Positions 10,951 to 23,403 are shown, numbered from the whole stretch's first letter. The stretch is DNA of 56,165 nucleotides, filler included, from Sphacelaria rigidula (GCA_964200075.2; 6 parts of 6 records of this genome joined end to end with filler, not necessarily neighbours in it), one strand, 5' to 3'. Notes: generated by a model from the sequence alone, not told the origin. Translations and numbers: made by a program.

Positions 10951-13900
10951 AAGGGGTACATCAGGATTAGAAAGGACTAACCCCAACCCCCTACGCACCC
11001 CCTTTTTGGGCCCGATTTTTCAAATAAAAACACGTAAATTTCTTTTTAATTCGCATGTTGCCGCTATGTGCCGCGTTTGTCTTGAGACTTGGTCTTGAGG
11101 TGCCAAACACATTCGTGGGCCGGAAGGCGATATTACCAGTGTGAGTGCCCGATGAATAAACGTGTAGGGGGACAGCGGGGTGGAGGGGGCGGGGGGTAAT
11201 ATCGCGCTGACCCGAGTCACTTTCCACGAACACAGTCAATTTGTTTTGCCGGAGACTTGTGCCACTTAGTTGCAACCCATCTTGCATTCTCATTGATGTT
11301 TGAAGAAGCAAGCAGCAAGCATGTGTCGCGATATTTCCGTGGCAGTCTTTTTGTGCTAACCGCCGTGAAGGTTGCAGTTGCTACAACCGAGCCGAAACGT
11401 GTCTGACCCGCGGTCACTTTCGACTGTGGTAATTGCAGTCGACAATGGTATGGAGCGTGCGAGCCTTGGTGTAAACTGCTGCATAATGGTGCTGATCGTC
11501 AGGATACGCTCATTGGCAAGCAGAAATACTACTACGCGTTCAATATCCAAACACTGTTGTGCATTGTACATTCGTAAATAAGCTAAGTTGGAGACCCTGT
11601 GTGGAATACGCTACCCGCACGACTATCTACTTAGACTGCAGAGGCTTCTAAGAATCACAAAAGGATTGCATTTTCGCGTGCCTCAAACGTCCACGCTGGC
11701 TTCTAGGTGGCAGGACAGATTTGACCGCCTCCCCTGCTGCGCTGTCTACCGAACAAGACCTGCCACGCTTTTTGCGACCCTCACGTCCCCGCCCGCCCCC
11801 TCCCGTGCTATCTTCTTCTTCCTCGTCCTGCTCGTCTTCCTCACTATCATCGACGCTGCCATCTTTGGAACCCGCCTCATTTCCAGCTCCCGTCTCACGC
11901 TGCCGTCGCCCGTCCTGTTGTGTTCCCATCAACCCCGTGGCCGTATTATCGTGTGCCGTTTTACGCGGTCTATCCCTTCCGCTCCCAGACTTCAGCTTCG
12001 AAGACTGATTGAAAGCGGCTAGTACAAGCTGTTTTTCTGCGCCTGACACAGTGTACTTCTTGACGAAAGCCTCGACCTCGTCGTCGCTCTGGAGCAGGGC
12101 GCACTTGTCCGCGTGTTCCACAGTGACATGATCGTCCATTCCATGCTTCCACATGTACTGTGGCTGCACACAAAACTTACACAGCATGGGCAGGTTGGTG
12201 CAGGGGGTTTATCTGCTCGACACTTTTGCTGAAGAAAGACGCAGGTGTACCTCCTCGCCCCGCATGTCCGCCCTAGGCGCGTAATGACAGTTGAACAGTA
12301 CTGTTCCGACCTGGTCACGCTTGGTGGGAACCTTGGTAGAAGAGCGGCACTGCCCCAACCGGGCACAATATCCGCAAACCTTCTTTTCCCGCAACTCCTC
12401 GCGCTGGAGCATGTGGCCGACGACATGGTGGCGCATTTTTACCCTCGTCACCCCGACCGCACAGATTGCGTACGCAAGGTATTCGTTTGCGCCCCCCCCC
12501 CCCCACTGCACAAAATACCGAGTCGTCCAACGGACGGGAGTGCGTGAAGTCCTCGTGAAATGACAGTGGGTTCAGGTCGCCAACCTGGTATCGCAGCTGC
12601 GTTGGCAGGGCACCCCAGCCCTTCAATCCATCAATCGCGCAAATGAGAGCCTCCGTCAGCCCCTGGAGCTCATCGTCTGTGAACAGGAACATTTTGAAAT
12701 CATCGATCATGTGAGGATCGAGGGGTATCGCAAGATTGGAGGAGATTGTATGGTGATCACGGTGCAGACCTTCGTACTGCATCCGATCCCACTTTCACGT
12801 CCTCTATGCATCCGCCGATGACCGTCCCTTGACCTCGGTGATCGGTAAGGGGCTGCCACGCACCTGCCCTCCGAAATTCACAACCCCTGCACCAGCCTTC
12901 TTCACAACAGCAGTGGTCTGAAACAGAGCTAAGGAGTACGACTCCATGTTACCGGGAGATGCCAAAAATATAACAAATAGATCTGCAAACTTGAAGAGGC
13001 ACCTCCGCACGTGAGGCGCCATCAACGGACGGCGTCGGTGTAAACCCCCTGACCCTAGAGAGACGATCCCGAGAAGCTGATTTAGCCTCAGCACCGAGTT
13101 GAAGGGAAATGGCAGTTTATTTGTACACCTGCGGCGAATACATTTTCAACATGTCCAGAGGTGATGATCTGTGAAGTGTGCGAATTTAGCGTGCCAACCT
13201 TGAGCCAACAGTATTATGAGCTCTGTTTGACGGTGCGGTAAAACGCCAAACGAACTAGTGTACCCACCGCAACGAGTAAAGGCAAACATGGGTGATACGA
13301 TTACCGACACCAGATGTACACCGTTTGTCCCGGTAAAAAAGTTCAAGAATCAGTCGATGATCATGCGCAAAGAGTACCCCGCCTCTCCTCCACCCACTCA
13401 ATCACCTGCTTATGGTTGACATCAACAAACGGAGGAATATCCGTGTCCCCAGCTTGCTGCGCAGCAAGTACAGTGTCGAGATCGTGAGCCTCTTTCGGCT
13501 GCCATCCAGACACAGAAACGGTGGGCGGCTGACCGGGCTGCTGTTGACTCTCCTCGCCCCCCTCGTCTTCCTCCTCGGCGGGTATGAGGTTCAACCCAGG
13601 CACCGGCTTGTCAGGTCTGTAAGGGTGTCAAGATGTCCCTTCCTCGTCAACAAACACGCGCATGCCTCGCTACTGTCGCCAACCACCGACTCCGCATGAA
13701 AGGCGACGGAGTCGATCGTGACGACCGCGCGCCAGGGCAACAGGCCGTTTCCTTGAGCCCCATCGTGTAAAGCGATGGGGTAGTTTCGGGAAGCGGGACG
13801 GGGGATGTTCAGCGCATAGATCGAACACGGAAAGCGCTCCACGGGCAACCCCAAGGTCGTGCGCTGTGCAGGGGAAGATGGTGGGTCAACCCCCTCCATG

Positions 13901-16209
13901 ATGACATCATTATCTCCGTCACCACGACAACTTTCGGTCTCAGTATCGCTGCCCACTACCCCCTCGACATCACCGGCCTCTGCGTCTCTCCTGTCATCAC
14001 CTGCGGGATCCGATGTTGCTCTTGCTGGCTCCGTCTGAGGTCCGCTCGACGCAGCTGGGGTCTTCGAAAAGAAGTTCAACATCGTGAGGTTGGAACGTAC
14101 TCCCCTCTTCACCACCATTCGCACTCCGGCCATATAATACCGTAACAATAAGCGGTGATTGTTTCTTTCAACGTTTGAGCAATTCTTCTTGACTCGATCA
14201 GGTGCTCAGGGAGACCCCCAGTAACCGTAACACACTCAAACGCTGTGATGACAAGGGGACCATATTTTGTCGCGCGTTTTTTTCGCGTCCAAACAGTTGA
14301 GGTTTCGATACCACCACACGCACGCATTAACGGAAAGCTTACTTGGGCTTCTCCGAGTCTCTGCGTCTTTTCGCAAAGACTTCAGTCAGTCTTTTCACAT
14401 ATTTGTCGAAGACATGATCACACGAGCGAATCCACTCGCCGGCAGCGTTCTTCGTTGCTACGGTAGCGATCACAAGCTCGGCTTCCTGAGGCTTTGTGGC
14501 GTTCCTGCCGCACAAGTTCGAAACAACACGCAGGTCACATCGTTCAAGATATTAAAATATCAAGTTCAGGTAAGGGGGCGAGTGCATACCTCGGGCATAG
14601 GGCTCATCAGCGTACTTTTCCCTTCGCCGCCTCACCTGGACGATATGAACGGTTGGCTATTTTATGGAGGAAGTGGAGGAGCTATATTGTGTGGGTATCA
14701 GACCTGAGAAACAGAACGTACTTGTGCCTAGCAGACGTCTCGTGCTGTTTCAGCTGAGCCCCTCCCTGTAGTGCCGAAAGGCTGCTTGCAAACCTTGCAC
14801 TCCATCTTCCCCGGTTCAGTCTCCCGCGAAAGCCTCACGATGAGCGCTGCAGCCGACTCCTTTGCAGCAGATCATGCCTGTCTGCTGATGATAGCGGTGG
14901 TCGAGTTTGAAAATCCGGAGGATGACGGTACGGGAGGCTAATCGGTTTTCGCCTTCACATTTTCTGCGTGTTGAGGGCCGTCTACGTCAACTAAGCGAAC
15001 TCTGCTTTTCTGGTGTGCCAGCAACACGAGAATGTCGTTTTCGGAATGGCAATCGAAGCCGATACATAACCCGATCCAAACGAATTGAGAACTTAGATTG
15101 CAATGAAGATAAGCTGTAATGCAGCGTACGTAAGACGTTGACTTGTCACGATATGGTTTGACACATACGCCGGGTCTCAAAGACAACCGACCTCCTGCAA
15201 AGGTAGAAATTACACTGATATATATGTTGCCGCAAACGGGCACTGGCAATTTGGCGTGGCCGAAAATGGCTCCGCGGCAGTGTGTTTTGTGAGACCTCAC
15301 ACCAAGCTCCCACAAACAAGCACTGCGCCTGGCATACGTTGATGTCACGTTGTCATTTCATATCACCGCACTCCCTGAAATCAAATGTTCGTGCGGCGTG
15401 GGCTGCGCATTTACCTATATTGTCCCACTCTGTTGTACCATTAGTACATGTTCTGTTCAGTGGTTGCTATTCTGCTGCTAACGACACCCAAACAAGCTCA
15501 CCTTGTATCGGATGTGTTGGTATTCTCAGCTTCCACGCTTTCCTCCACTGCCTGTGAAGCGCCTCCACCAGTTGAATCACCAACCTCTGTTGCGGCGCTG
15601 GTATCGACCATCCTCTCAGCTGGCACATTTTGATCGCAGTCTGCAGCACACACTATTGGCTGTAGCTGTAGACCCAGGATTTTCCTTTTTATCTTATTTC
15701 TTCCACACTTGATTGCAAAATCAGCTAAGCCCGTGAGTCACGGAGTACACATACGACCGGTCAATGTATGCATCTACATGAATACATCCGTACACGTATC
15801 ATTCATCTCTCACGGTAAAAGGCGAACTACGTTTCATTACTCAAGATCTACCTAGTGTTTCAAGCAATGCTGAAGAGGACTACACTCGCTGAAAGGTGTA
15901 CAGTCTGCACTGGTCGATGTCCAGCTTCGGCACGTGTTGTTGTTCGACCTCGCTCCAGTGTCCGTACGACCATCAAATGTTATACAATTGTACACTATAA
16001 TTAAGTACTCGACTACCACACTAAATTCAAGTAACTGATGACCACACTAAGATCAAGTAGTCCACTACAACACTGAATCCAAGTAATTAGCACCGACCTG
16101 CCGCCCGGCGCCCAACCCCCCCCGTCCGACCTCCCTGATCCCTATTTTTCTCGATTTTTTCAACGACTAGGGGTTATGTTCCTTTGAAAATAAAATTGAT
16201 GTACCCCTG
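10951..16209 (-). mobile_element. Inner DNA transposon with 13-bp TIR and 8-bp TSD, carrying decayed coding sequence
   Basis: TIR (A/C)AGGGGTACATCA at 10951-10963 / 16197-16209; TSD GTGCAACC (10943-10950) / GTGTAACC (16210-16217); ~27-bp subterminal repeats at 16000-16090. Confidence 0.82.
11648..14860 (-). pseudogene. Decayed, intron-containing Cys/His-rich protein of the inner transposon (putative transposase remnant; catalytic core not seen)
   Basis: N-terminal CKVC..QH..H finger (~14720-14810); PIP-like 'LTMLNFF'; 'CxxxxxxxxxxxxxNYPIALH..LPW' (13591-14148); C-terminal 'MRHHVVGHML..CGYC..C..NCHY..SAKVSSR*TPCTNLPMLCKFC..WKHGMDDHVTVEH' reads across one stop (12209-12211) and a poly-C frameshift (~12500). 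Confidence 0.62.
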
Positions 16210-17579
16210 GTGTAACCTATATACAGTGTCTGACAGCACTCGGTATGGACTCTGCCCTGTTTTTTTCTCATGGGGGTAAGGGGTAAGGGGTAAGGGGTAA
16301 GGGCCATCACGCTACTGGCGAGCGAAATACCAAAAAGCAAAACGCTGACTGCCCACGAGCACCAGCGACAGCAGTTATAATGGCAGCCAAGCCATCCCTA
16401 CAAATACTTTTTTTTTCGTGAGATTGAGAGTGAAAAGCGTTCAATCAGTGAATTACCCGTTTCAGTTCCGAAACGCCCCTCCACGAGGCCCAATACCCAA
16501 TATGCTTTCTGTAGTAACTTGCCACTGAGGCCCTTGATATCCTTGAGTAGGACATCGACGTGTAGCTTTAAGCACACGCCAGTGATGAAGGGGGGGCAAA
16601 GCGCACACGGACTGAATGATTGGCTTAGTTGAAGCGGATGAACAAAGCCACTCCCAATGAGTGCTCTACTCTCAATCTCACGAAAAAGTCTACAGCCAAT
16701 GCATACAATACAGCACGGCTGTGTATGCTCTTGTCCGTGCTTTCTTTTCAGTGAAGTACTACCGTGCAGTGGAAAGCACAACCGTCACTTCTACAATCAG
16801 TCATTAGTACAGCGAGGCGGTGTTCGTATTGATCGTCTTGCGCCACGCAGCCCACCATGTATTGCTCAGGCACTGTACGACAGCAGAGCGCTGCATCTAT
16901 CTCGCGCGCGAAATTTCTGCAACAGTACCGTACCTATACCATGGTCATTCGAACCCACTCGTGTTTATTGAGGCCCCATCTTCTAGGATTTTAAAATCCA
17001 TTGCAAACCTAAAGTTTCACCCCTGCATGTGACGTGTTCATGAAATTTCATGTAACGTGGAACGTCTCATGCACGTGTAACGTGGAATACGTTACACATT
17101 ACATGGAACGTTTCATATTACATGATTTGAACGTTTGGGCAATTAAGCGTTCACGTTACGTTATGTGTGTCACGTTGAAAAAAAATGACCTCACGTTAAC
17201 GTTTCATTTGAAATTTTAACGTTACGCTCACGTGACGTTTCGGCCAAAACGTAACGTGCAACGCTGTGGCACGTGTAACGTGTAGACCCCTGTTTTTTTT
17301 CGATGAAACGTTGACTTGAACTTGACTTGAATGATAATTTTCATCACAAAGTTCCATGCGTGAAAAACAAACCGCTACAGAAGTCATGCAAAAAATCTGG
17401 AGCGACTGATACATCGGTCTGAGGTCTACTAAGTCTGGAAATGTCTCTTGCCTACTGGTACAATTCGATCAAATTCCTCCTAGCGTAAGGTAGCTGAGTC
17501 CTGTACTAAACGTTACTCTTGTGCCACGTCGGACCACATTTGTTTCAGTGCAATAATGGTGATACTTTATTCCTTTCGT

Positions 17580-17722
17580 CTTTCCTTGCTGTGGTTGTCG
17601 CTTGTGTCTTTTTCTGTTTCTTCTCTATTTTTTTCTTCTTAATATTATTCGTTTTGCTCCTCCTGACCACGGGCTGGATTGTTGCAATCGGCTAATGTGA
17701 GATAATCAATCAATCAATCAAC
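17580..17722 (+). repeat. 3' end of a (CAAT)n-tailed retro-element family
   Basis: ccacgg(g)ctgg...taatgtg followed by (aatc)n; related copies at 27891-28034 and 47918-48150 on the minus strand. Confidence 0.6.
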
Positions 17723-17908
17723 TGATCAATCTATTCAAGCAATCGCCCATCAAAGCTTTCACTCCCTCCACCATAACTCGTGCACAAGTGGCGATACCCT
17801 GCATGTCGGTGACATGGGATTTGTACGTAGTTTCGCGATATTAACGTGCCCCTTGCCCCCACTCCTCTCTCCTTGCCACAATACTATTGATGAATATTGC
17901 CAGATAAA

Positions 17909-18199
17909 ATGTTTGCGGCCGTCCCGCTCTTGCTTGGCGGGGCACTGGGAAGTGCGGTGACCGGCGCTTCTGCAATGTGGTTGCTGTCCATCCAGGTCGA
18001 GCAGACGCAGGAGGCCGAAGCCGCTTTGGCGGCGGCGATGGGCGGTACCGTATATGTGGCCCTGTGCGGGGGAGTGGCGGGGTTTGCCCTCGGTGCGATC
18101 GGAGTCGGGTTATTCGGCCTTCTCGGGAAGGGACAGGCGGAGGTTCGGCTTCTCCGGGAAGAAGTAGCTCGACAAGGCATAGCTATTCAGGCGATGCAA
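17909..18199 (+). CDS. Probable first coding exon of an unknown membrane protein (two Gly/Ala-rich hydrophobic helices plus a short coiled coil)
   Basis: cag acceptor at 17901-17903, AAAATG start, 97 GC-rich codons, CAA|GTGAGC donor; MFAAVPLLLGGALGSAVTGASAMWLL...VALCGGVAGFALGAIGVGLFGLLG..EVRLLREEVARQ. Confidence 0.62.
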
Positions 18200-18656
18200 G
18201 TGAGCGTTGCGTGCTGCTGCACTACATTTGTTTCTCGACATTTCGTATCATGTACATACAGTGCACATATCTGATTGGCCGTTATGCCGTGAGTGAACAG
18301 GAACAAGGCTGGTTCCATCAGACCACGTTTCATGCAGTAGGAACAAGCATACAGAATCTCAAGAGAAAAACCCCACGCTTGGAGAGTATTTTGCGCTGTG
18401 CCGTGAAAACACACGAAATCACTATTTAATCCAGCACGTTATGGGCGCAAGGGGCCTGGTTTAAAGCGGTGGAGTTACGCATGACTACAAACAAAGCAGC
18501 ACTGCGTAACAGAAAACGTATACCCAACCACTCGCGGTCTCACGTGGTGCCTGCGCAGCCTAACGATGCGCACGGGGATTCACAGCATGTACTCAACAGT
18601 GGATCCTTGGAAATGAGGTTCATACAAAATATGGGGTTGAAGTGGCATTTCTCTCT

Positions 18657-18756
18657 NNNNNNNNNNNNNNNNNNNNNNNNNNNNNNNNNNNNNNNNNNNN
18701 TTAATTAATTAANNNNNNNNNNNNNNNNNNNNNNNNNNNNNNNNNNNNNNNNNNNN
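18657..18756. other. Artificial contig spacer
   Basis: N44-TTAATTAATTAA-N44. Confidence 0.98.
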
Positions 18757-19849
18757 AAAGTTGATACCACCTCCGCCAGGACACCCACCCTGTGTTTCTT
18801 CCCTATGGATGTCTCTCCCAACCCCCCCCCCCCCCCCCCCCCCCGCAACCCCTGCATCAACAACGTGTGTGGACATCACCCAAACTGAGCCCTGACTTTA
18901 CTCGTCATGTCCCCGCCGGGAAGATCGAGATTCGGTAGCATCTCAACTCAGCACCCGCCGCGTCGCTCTGCGGCAACAATAAAAACCCCGAGCGGTCATG
19001 ATTTGACAGTACACCCGATAACAAGGTGGAAACCGCGCTTCTTCAACAGCGCATAAATCTCGACCCACCACGTGACTCCACCACGTGACTGCTCGCAACG
19101 TTTTTCGACGTGAAGAAAGCAGCATGACGGCTGTCGTGGGGTGTTTGTCATTTTGAATCGACAAACAGAGCGGAAAACCAAGGGCGTTTTGTCTCAACGA
19201 AGAATGGGCCTTCGCTTATCATGCTAGCACGGGTTCTATGTGCATGTGACCCATCATTGTTTTCAGGGTGGCCGAGTTTTTCAAGACCCGTGCTAGCAAA
19301 ATAATGGTGAGTAAAAGCCTGACGAAGGGCTGGGAGATATCCACGGTGCCAGGGAAAAACTCACCTCCACGTGACGCCCCGTGGCGTCTGGCGCGGAACA
19401 CGACTCTTCCGCCCTCCACTCGTCACCTTTTGTGGAGCAGATTTCAAACCCTTCATGGCTGTGGCTGGTGCGCGTTGTCGTGGCTTCGTGGCCCCACCGG
19501 CAGAGCCACCTGGTCGAGGGAGTATTTGCGAAGGACTTAAACGATAGTCTCTCGACGCGCGGAAAAAAGATTATGAAGGGTGCGCATTTCGATAGCATGC
19601 CTTCTTCTCGACAAACTCTCCCGAATAAAAATCTAAAAAGCGTGGGTTCTCTTCAGTACCCCAGGATTGAGGTAGACATTGCTGAGGCCACCATCAACAA
19701 TGACTGACTTGTCTCCTGGCACATCACCGGTACCCGAAAGCTGCTAGTCAATACCTACCGCCCGGAGTCTGCCGGAGTGCGTCTCTCGACCCGCATTTCG
19801 ACATCGGGTTTTTTCGTCAGCAGACGATCCCGAAGATCGAAGCAACGCT

Positions 19850-21650
19850 CTTGTAAGTATCGCTGAGGTCGTCACACTCAACACCGACTAATTGGTATAC
19901 TGGCACTGCACCCTCACCCGACGTATGCTTATCATGACCTCTTGCCCAAAGTCTGCGCGGAGTGCGTTTCTCGACCCGCAAGTGCAGCATGGCCATATCT
20001 CGGCACATGGTGCACAATTCCAAAGATGCAAGCTGAAGGTTGGCCGTGGAGATAAACCAGGATTGACCGCCATCTTCTCTCTGTTCGAGTACAATCGCGA
20101 TGGCATCCAGGAAGAGGCTATTCCCGCGTTCTGGGACGACGGACGAAATGCGTCGGAATATACGCAGAAAAATGCAAACGGTGTTGTGTGAACGTGTGAA
20201 TGACGTCATTTGAAGGTACAGTATTTACTTCAGTACGTCGAACAAACAAGGTTGGCAATCCACAATAACGGCGCAGTGCAAAAACCGGTCTTGTGGCTAC
20301 GACTCATAATTATTATCCACGACCGTGACATGTAGACCTTCAGCACGCGTACACAGTGGCTCCTTACCTGCATCTTGGGAGTTACCGTCCGCCTTCAAAC
20401 TACATGTACTCGGTACCAGTTTGTGGAGTTTTCACTATACCGATCGTTACCTACACCTGGAACAACACCTCACATCCACTTGTTACGGTTTGGATTACTC
20501 AAATCAGTACAGTGTCCCGTGACAGTGAGCTGTAGCATATTATCTGCTGGGCACTCGGAACACTGCGTTCTTGGACAACCAGATAGTCACTCGTGGCATA
20601 AAAGAGACGAAGGCTCACAAACGTAACGACAAGCACCGGGTGTACCTGTTTCCAGCTCCTGTTCGGCAACGCTGGTATCGGTGGTCTTCACTTCAGCAGG
20701 CTCCGCAACCGAAGGGCTGCGAAGTTGTCGCGCACCAGCGATACCGTTGCCAACTTGGACGATTCCTGTTGGGAGCTTCATCCGCCTGAAATGGCACGTA
20801 AAGCATAATGGTAGATGTCGTCACCGCGAAGTATGGAGGCTTGTACTAATTGCATTTCTACGCTGCTGCCGCGTATCACTTGGGTTGTTCCACGTCAGGG
20901 TGTGTGTGCACGCTCGGCGTCACCGGCATTTCAAGCAACGGAGAGCATGAAGTCCCTCATTCGTAGACGTATCAAGACTGTACTTCCATGCTTCCTCGTA
21001 CCGTGGACAAACGTCCCTCAAGGACAAAAAGTGGACATCACTCGACTGACTACAGACCCGACCTGCAAACAAATCAAGACTATTTGTGGTCCAGTCTTGA
21101 GCATCTTGCTTTTTTAGTGCGCTTGCGGCGGGTACCGTGTATTTTTTTCCGGGCTCCAATTCGGTCAAAGATTTGAGCATGGTGCGATTCCTTCCTTTTG
21201 ACTTCCAAGTGTTCAACAGCAGCAATCTGGTGTCATTTGCACGGTCGCCGGGTTCTTCGCGAGGTGATCGTAGTAGCCTCATGAAAAAGATATCGAGACA
21301 AACTTGGGGCCTCGTGTAGTGCGGAACGGCACAAGACAGCGACCGAGTACGGACACCTTGATATAAGAGTGACACAGGGAAGTGCACCGACGTACCACCC
21401 CGACCGACGGGTGCCGAGTTCGACAGCCTTATTAGACAAATGCTTCGTGGAGCGCCCTATATATCACGGAGCCAGCACGGTATTGCGTACCGTGGGGGGT
21501 CCGAAATGTACTTTCCGCTAACTCACGGCGATTTTCAGGTCCACCGCGAGCATGTTGAGGCCAATTCGGCCTGTGGCCTCCTCTACAAGTTTCTGCTGCC
21601 TGATAGCCCTGCTCTTTGTCGTACCTGGATTATGGAAACGATGTCGTTTA
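19850..21650 (+). mobile_element. Highly decayed Ty3/Gypsy pol remnant (RNase H to integrase)
   Basis: Frameshifted 'TYHP-TDG-AE-FDSLIRQMLR' at 21390-21447 (integrase YHPQTDGxxERFN); upstream 'PW..V..DI.....PTCKQIK' zinc-region-like peptide at ~21000-21080; boundaries uncertain. Confidence 0.45.
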
Positions 21651-22169
21651 CCATGTGCTCCACTTGATATACACTTCGAAATTGGTTGCTCACTCGATTT
21701 CCTTGTTGGGAACAAATTTCAAAGGCCAGAGGAGGTTGTAAAGACCTGGGATGGGGGGTGTGGGCCCTGGGCCGTTTGACCAATTCTTACCTACTTCCCT
21801 TCTCCGTTGTCCCTTTAAAACAAAACAAAAACGAGTTTTCATCTATCGGACTGACCTTAATTACCATTGTCAACTTTTTCGAGCGCTGCACTCAACGCAA
21901 CGATGCCAAACCAGCGGCTGTCCCATGCCGACCTCAGTAACTTTCTGAGGTAGCCCTCTTACTTTTTCGGTGCTCTGTCGGCCATGTCCTACAAGGCACG
22001 AGTGATTCGAACACGTGACAACTGCACCAAAGGGGATGTACTCATGATCATGCATGCCATAGTCATAAGGGGGCAGAGATGTAAGTCTAAGCAACCTGTA
22101 GTGGTGCCATAAAATGCAAGGTGAAGCGGATTCTTGGTTGGGGAATGACTGTAGAGCAGTATAGTATTT

Positions 22170-23403
22170 CAAGGGCAGGTCGGGTAGAGTAATCAATACT
22201 CAGTACTTCGGAGGAGTCATGTATTCATTTACTCAAGTTTGAGTAGAGTCTTTGAGGCCCTCCTCAATCTACTCGAAAATTGAGTAGAGTATTTGAGGCC
22301 GTACTCAATCTACTCAAACTTCGAGTAGAGTACTTGAGGCCGTACTCGACCTACGCAACATTTGAGTAGAGTATTAAGGCCATACCCAAGTGATAACTCT
22401 ATATTTAAGTATTACTGAGGGTGCTTACTCAGTATTTGAGTAAAGTATTGAAGGTGGTACTCGATCTACTCAAAAATTGAGTAGAGTATTTGAGGCCGTA
22501 CTTGACCCACTCAAAAATTGAGTAGAGTATTTGAGATCGTGTTTAATCTACTCAAAATTTGAGTAGAGTATTTGAGATCATACTCAATCTACCCAAAATT
22601 CGAGTAGATTATTTGCGGTCATAACCATTTTACCCGAAAGTTGGGTAAAGTATCTGAGGCCGGACCCGATGTACCACTGCTGACTCTCCCATGGAGGAAT
22701 CACATGTGCGGCCAGTACAGTCGCTCATTTTGATAATACCTACCCGACAGCCTACCTACTTGATTACTCAATGATGATGAGTAACGCTTTGTACTGAAAG
22801 TGATATCGGAGGGGTTTAGAGGTATCAAGTATGTACTGCCATGGGTGGGGGCAGGTGATCTGGGGCATGTAGGTTCCTTCACCTGCACGCTTTTTTTGTT
22901 TTTTAATGCACATCATTCGCTCATACTCATTGTAGCCCGTGACGTACCACCACTCATCTAATTGATGGCCATCGTTCGCCCATGTATTCAATATAGTATG
23001 TGAAGTGAGTCACGAAGTCGCCGACGATCACGGTTGCTCATCATACCCAGGTGATACTCGATACTCGAGTATTACTGAGAGTGCTTACTCAATATTTGAG
23101 TAGAGTATTTGAGGCCGTACTCAACCTACTCAAAATTCGAGTCGAGTATTTGAAGCCGTACTCGACCTACACAAAATTTGAGTAGAGTATTAAGGTCATA
23201 CCCAAGTGATACTCTATGCTCAAGTATTACTGAGAGTGCTTCCTTAATATTTGAGTAGAGTACTTGAGGCCGTACTCAACCTACTCAAAATTCGAGTAAA
23301 GTATTTGAGGCCGTTCTCGACCGACTCAAAATTTGAGTAAAGTAAATACTCAGGTATTTTACTCGAGTACTGAAAAGCACATACTCTACTCGACCTGCCG
23401 TTG
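22170..23403. mobile_element. hAT-like MITE built from ~41-bp palindromic tandem repeats with a unique central segment
   Basis: TIR CAA(G/C)GGCAGGTCG(G/A)GTAGAGTA; 8-bp flanks tagtattt (22162-22169) / tagtgtta (23404-23411); unit ttgagtagagtatttgaggccgtactcaatctactcaaaa. Confidence 0.8.

Larger units (their letters stand above)
10516..16398. mobile_element. ~0.62 kb fold-back MITE interrupted by a 5.3 kb insertion
   Basis: Left arm 10516-10790 is the reverse complement of 10849-10950 plus 16210-16398 (ggNtggcttggctgcca..ctgctgtcgctggtgctcg; tgcatgcagcgtg..agcactcg..cagtacaga). Confidence 0.82.
10045..17292. mobile_element. Outer non-autonomous hAT-like TIR element (host of nested insertions)
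   Basis: Perfect 22-bp TIR CAGGGGTCTACACGTTACACGT (10045-10066 / 17271-17292); ACGT-rich subterminal arrays at both ends; degenerate 8-bp flanks gtttcttt/tttttttt; minus-strand peptide 'GVCLKLHVDVLLKDIKGL' (~16525-16590) resembles the hAT CxxHxLDLLLxDI motif. Confidence 0.78.

Noticed and set aside
16272..16303. True telomere
   Set aside because: Only four units, internal to a MITE arm, and not the TTAGGG-type repeat.
17909..18199. Missing transmembrane exon of the lectin gene
   Set aside because: Different, unlinked contig; has its own ATG, two TM helices and no KKxx tail.
22200..23400. CRISPR-like array of palindromic repeats
   Set aside because: Units are contiguous with no unique spacers, are bounded by TIR/TSD, have no cas genes nearby and sit in a eukaryotic context.
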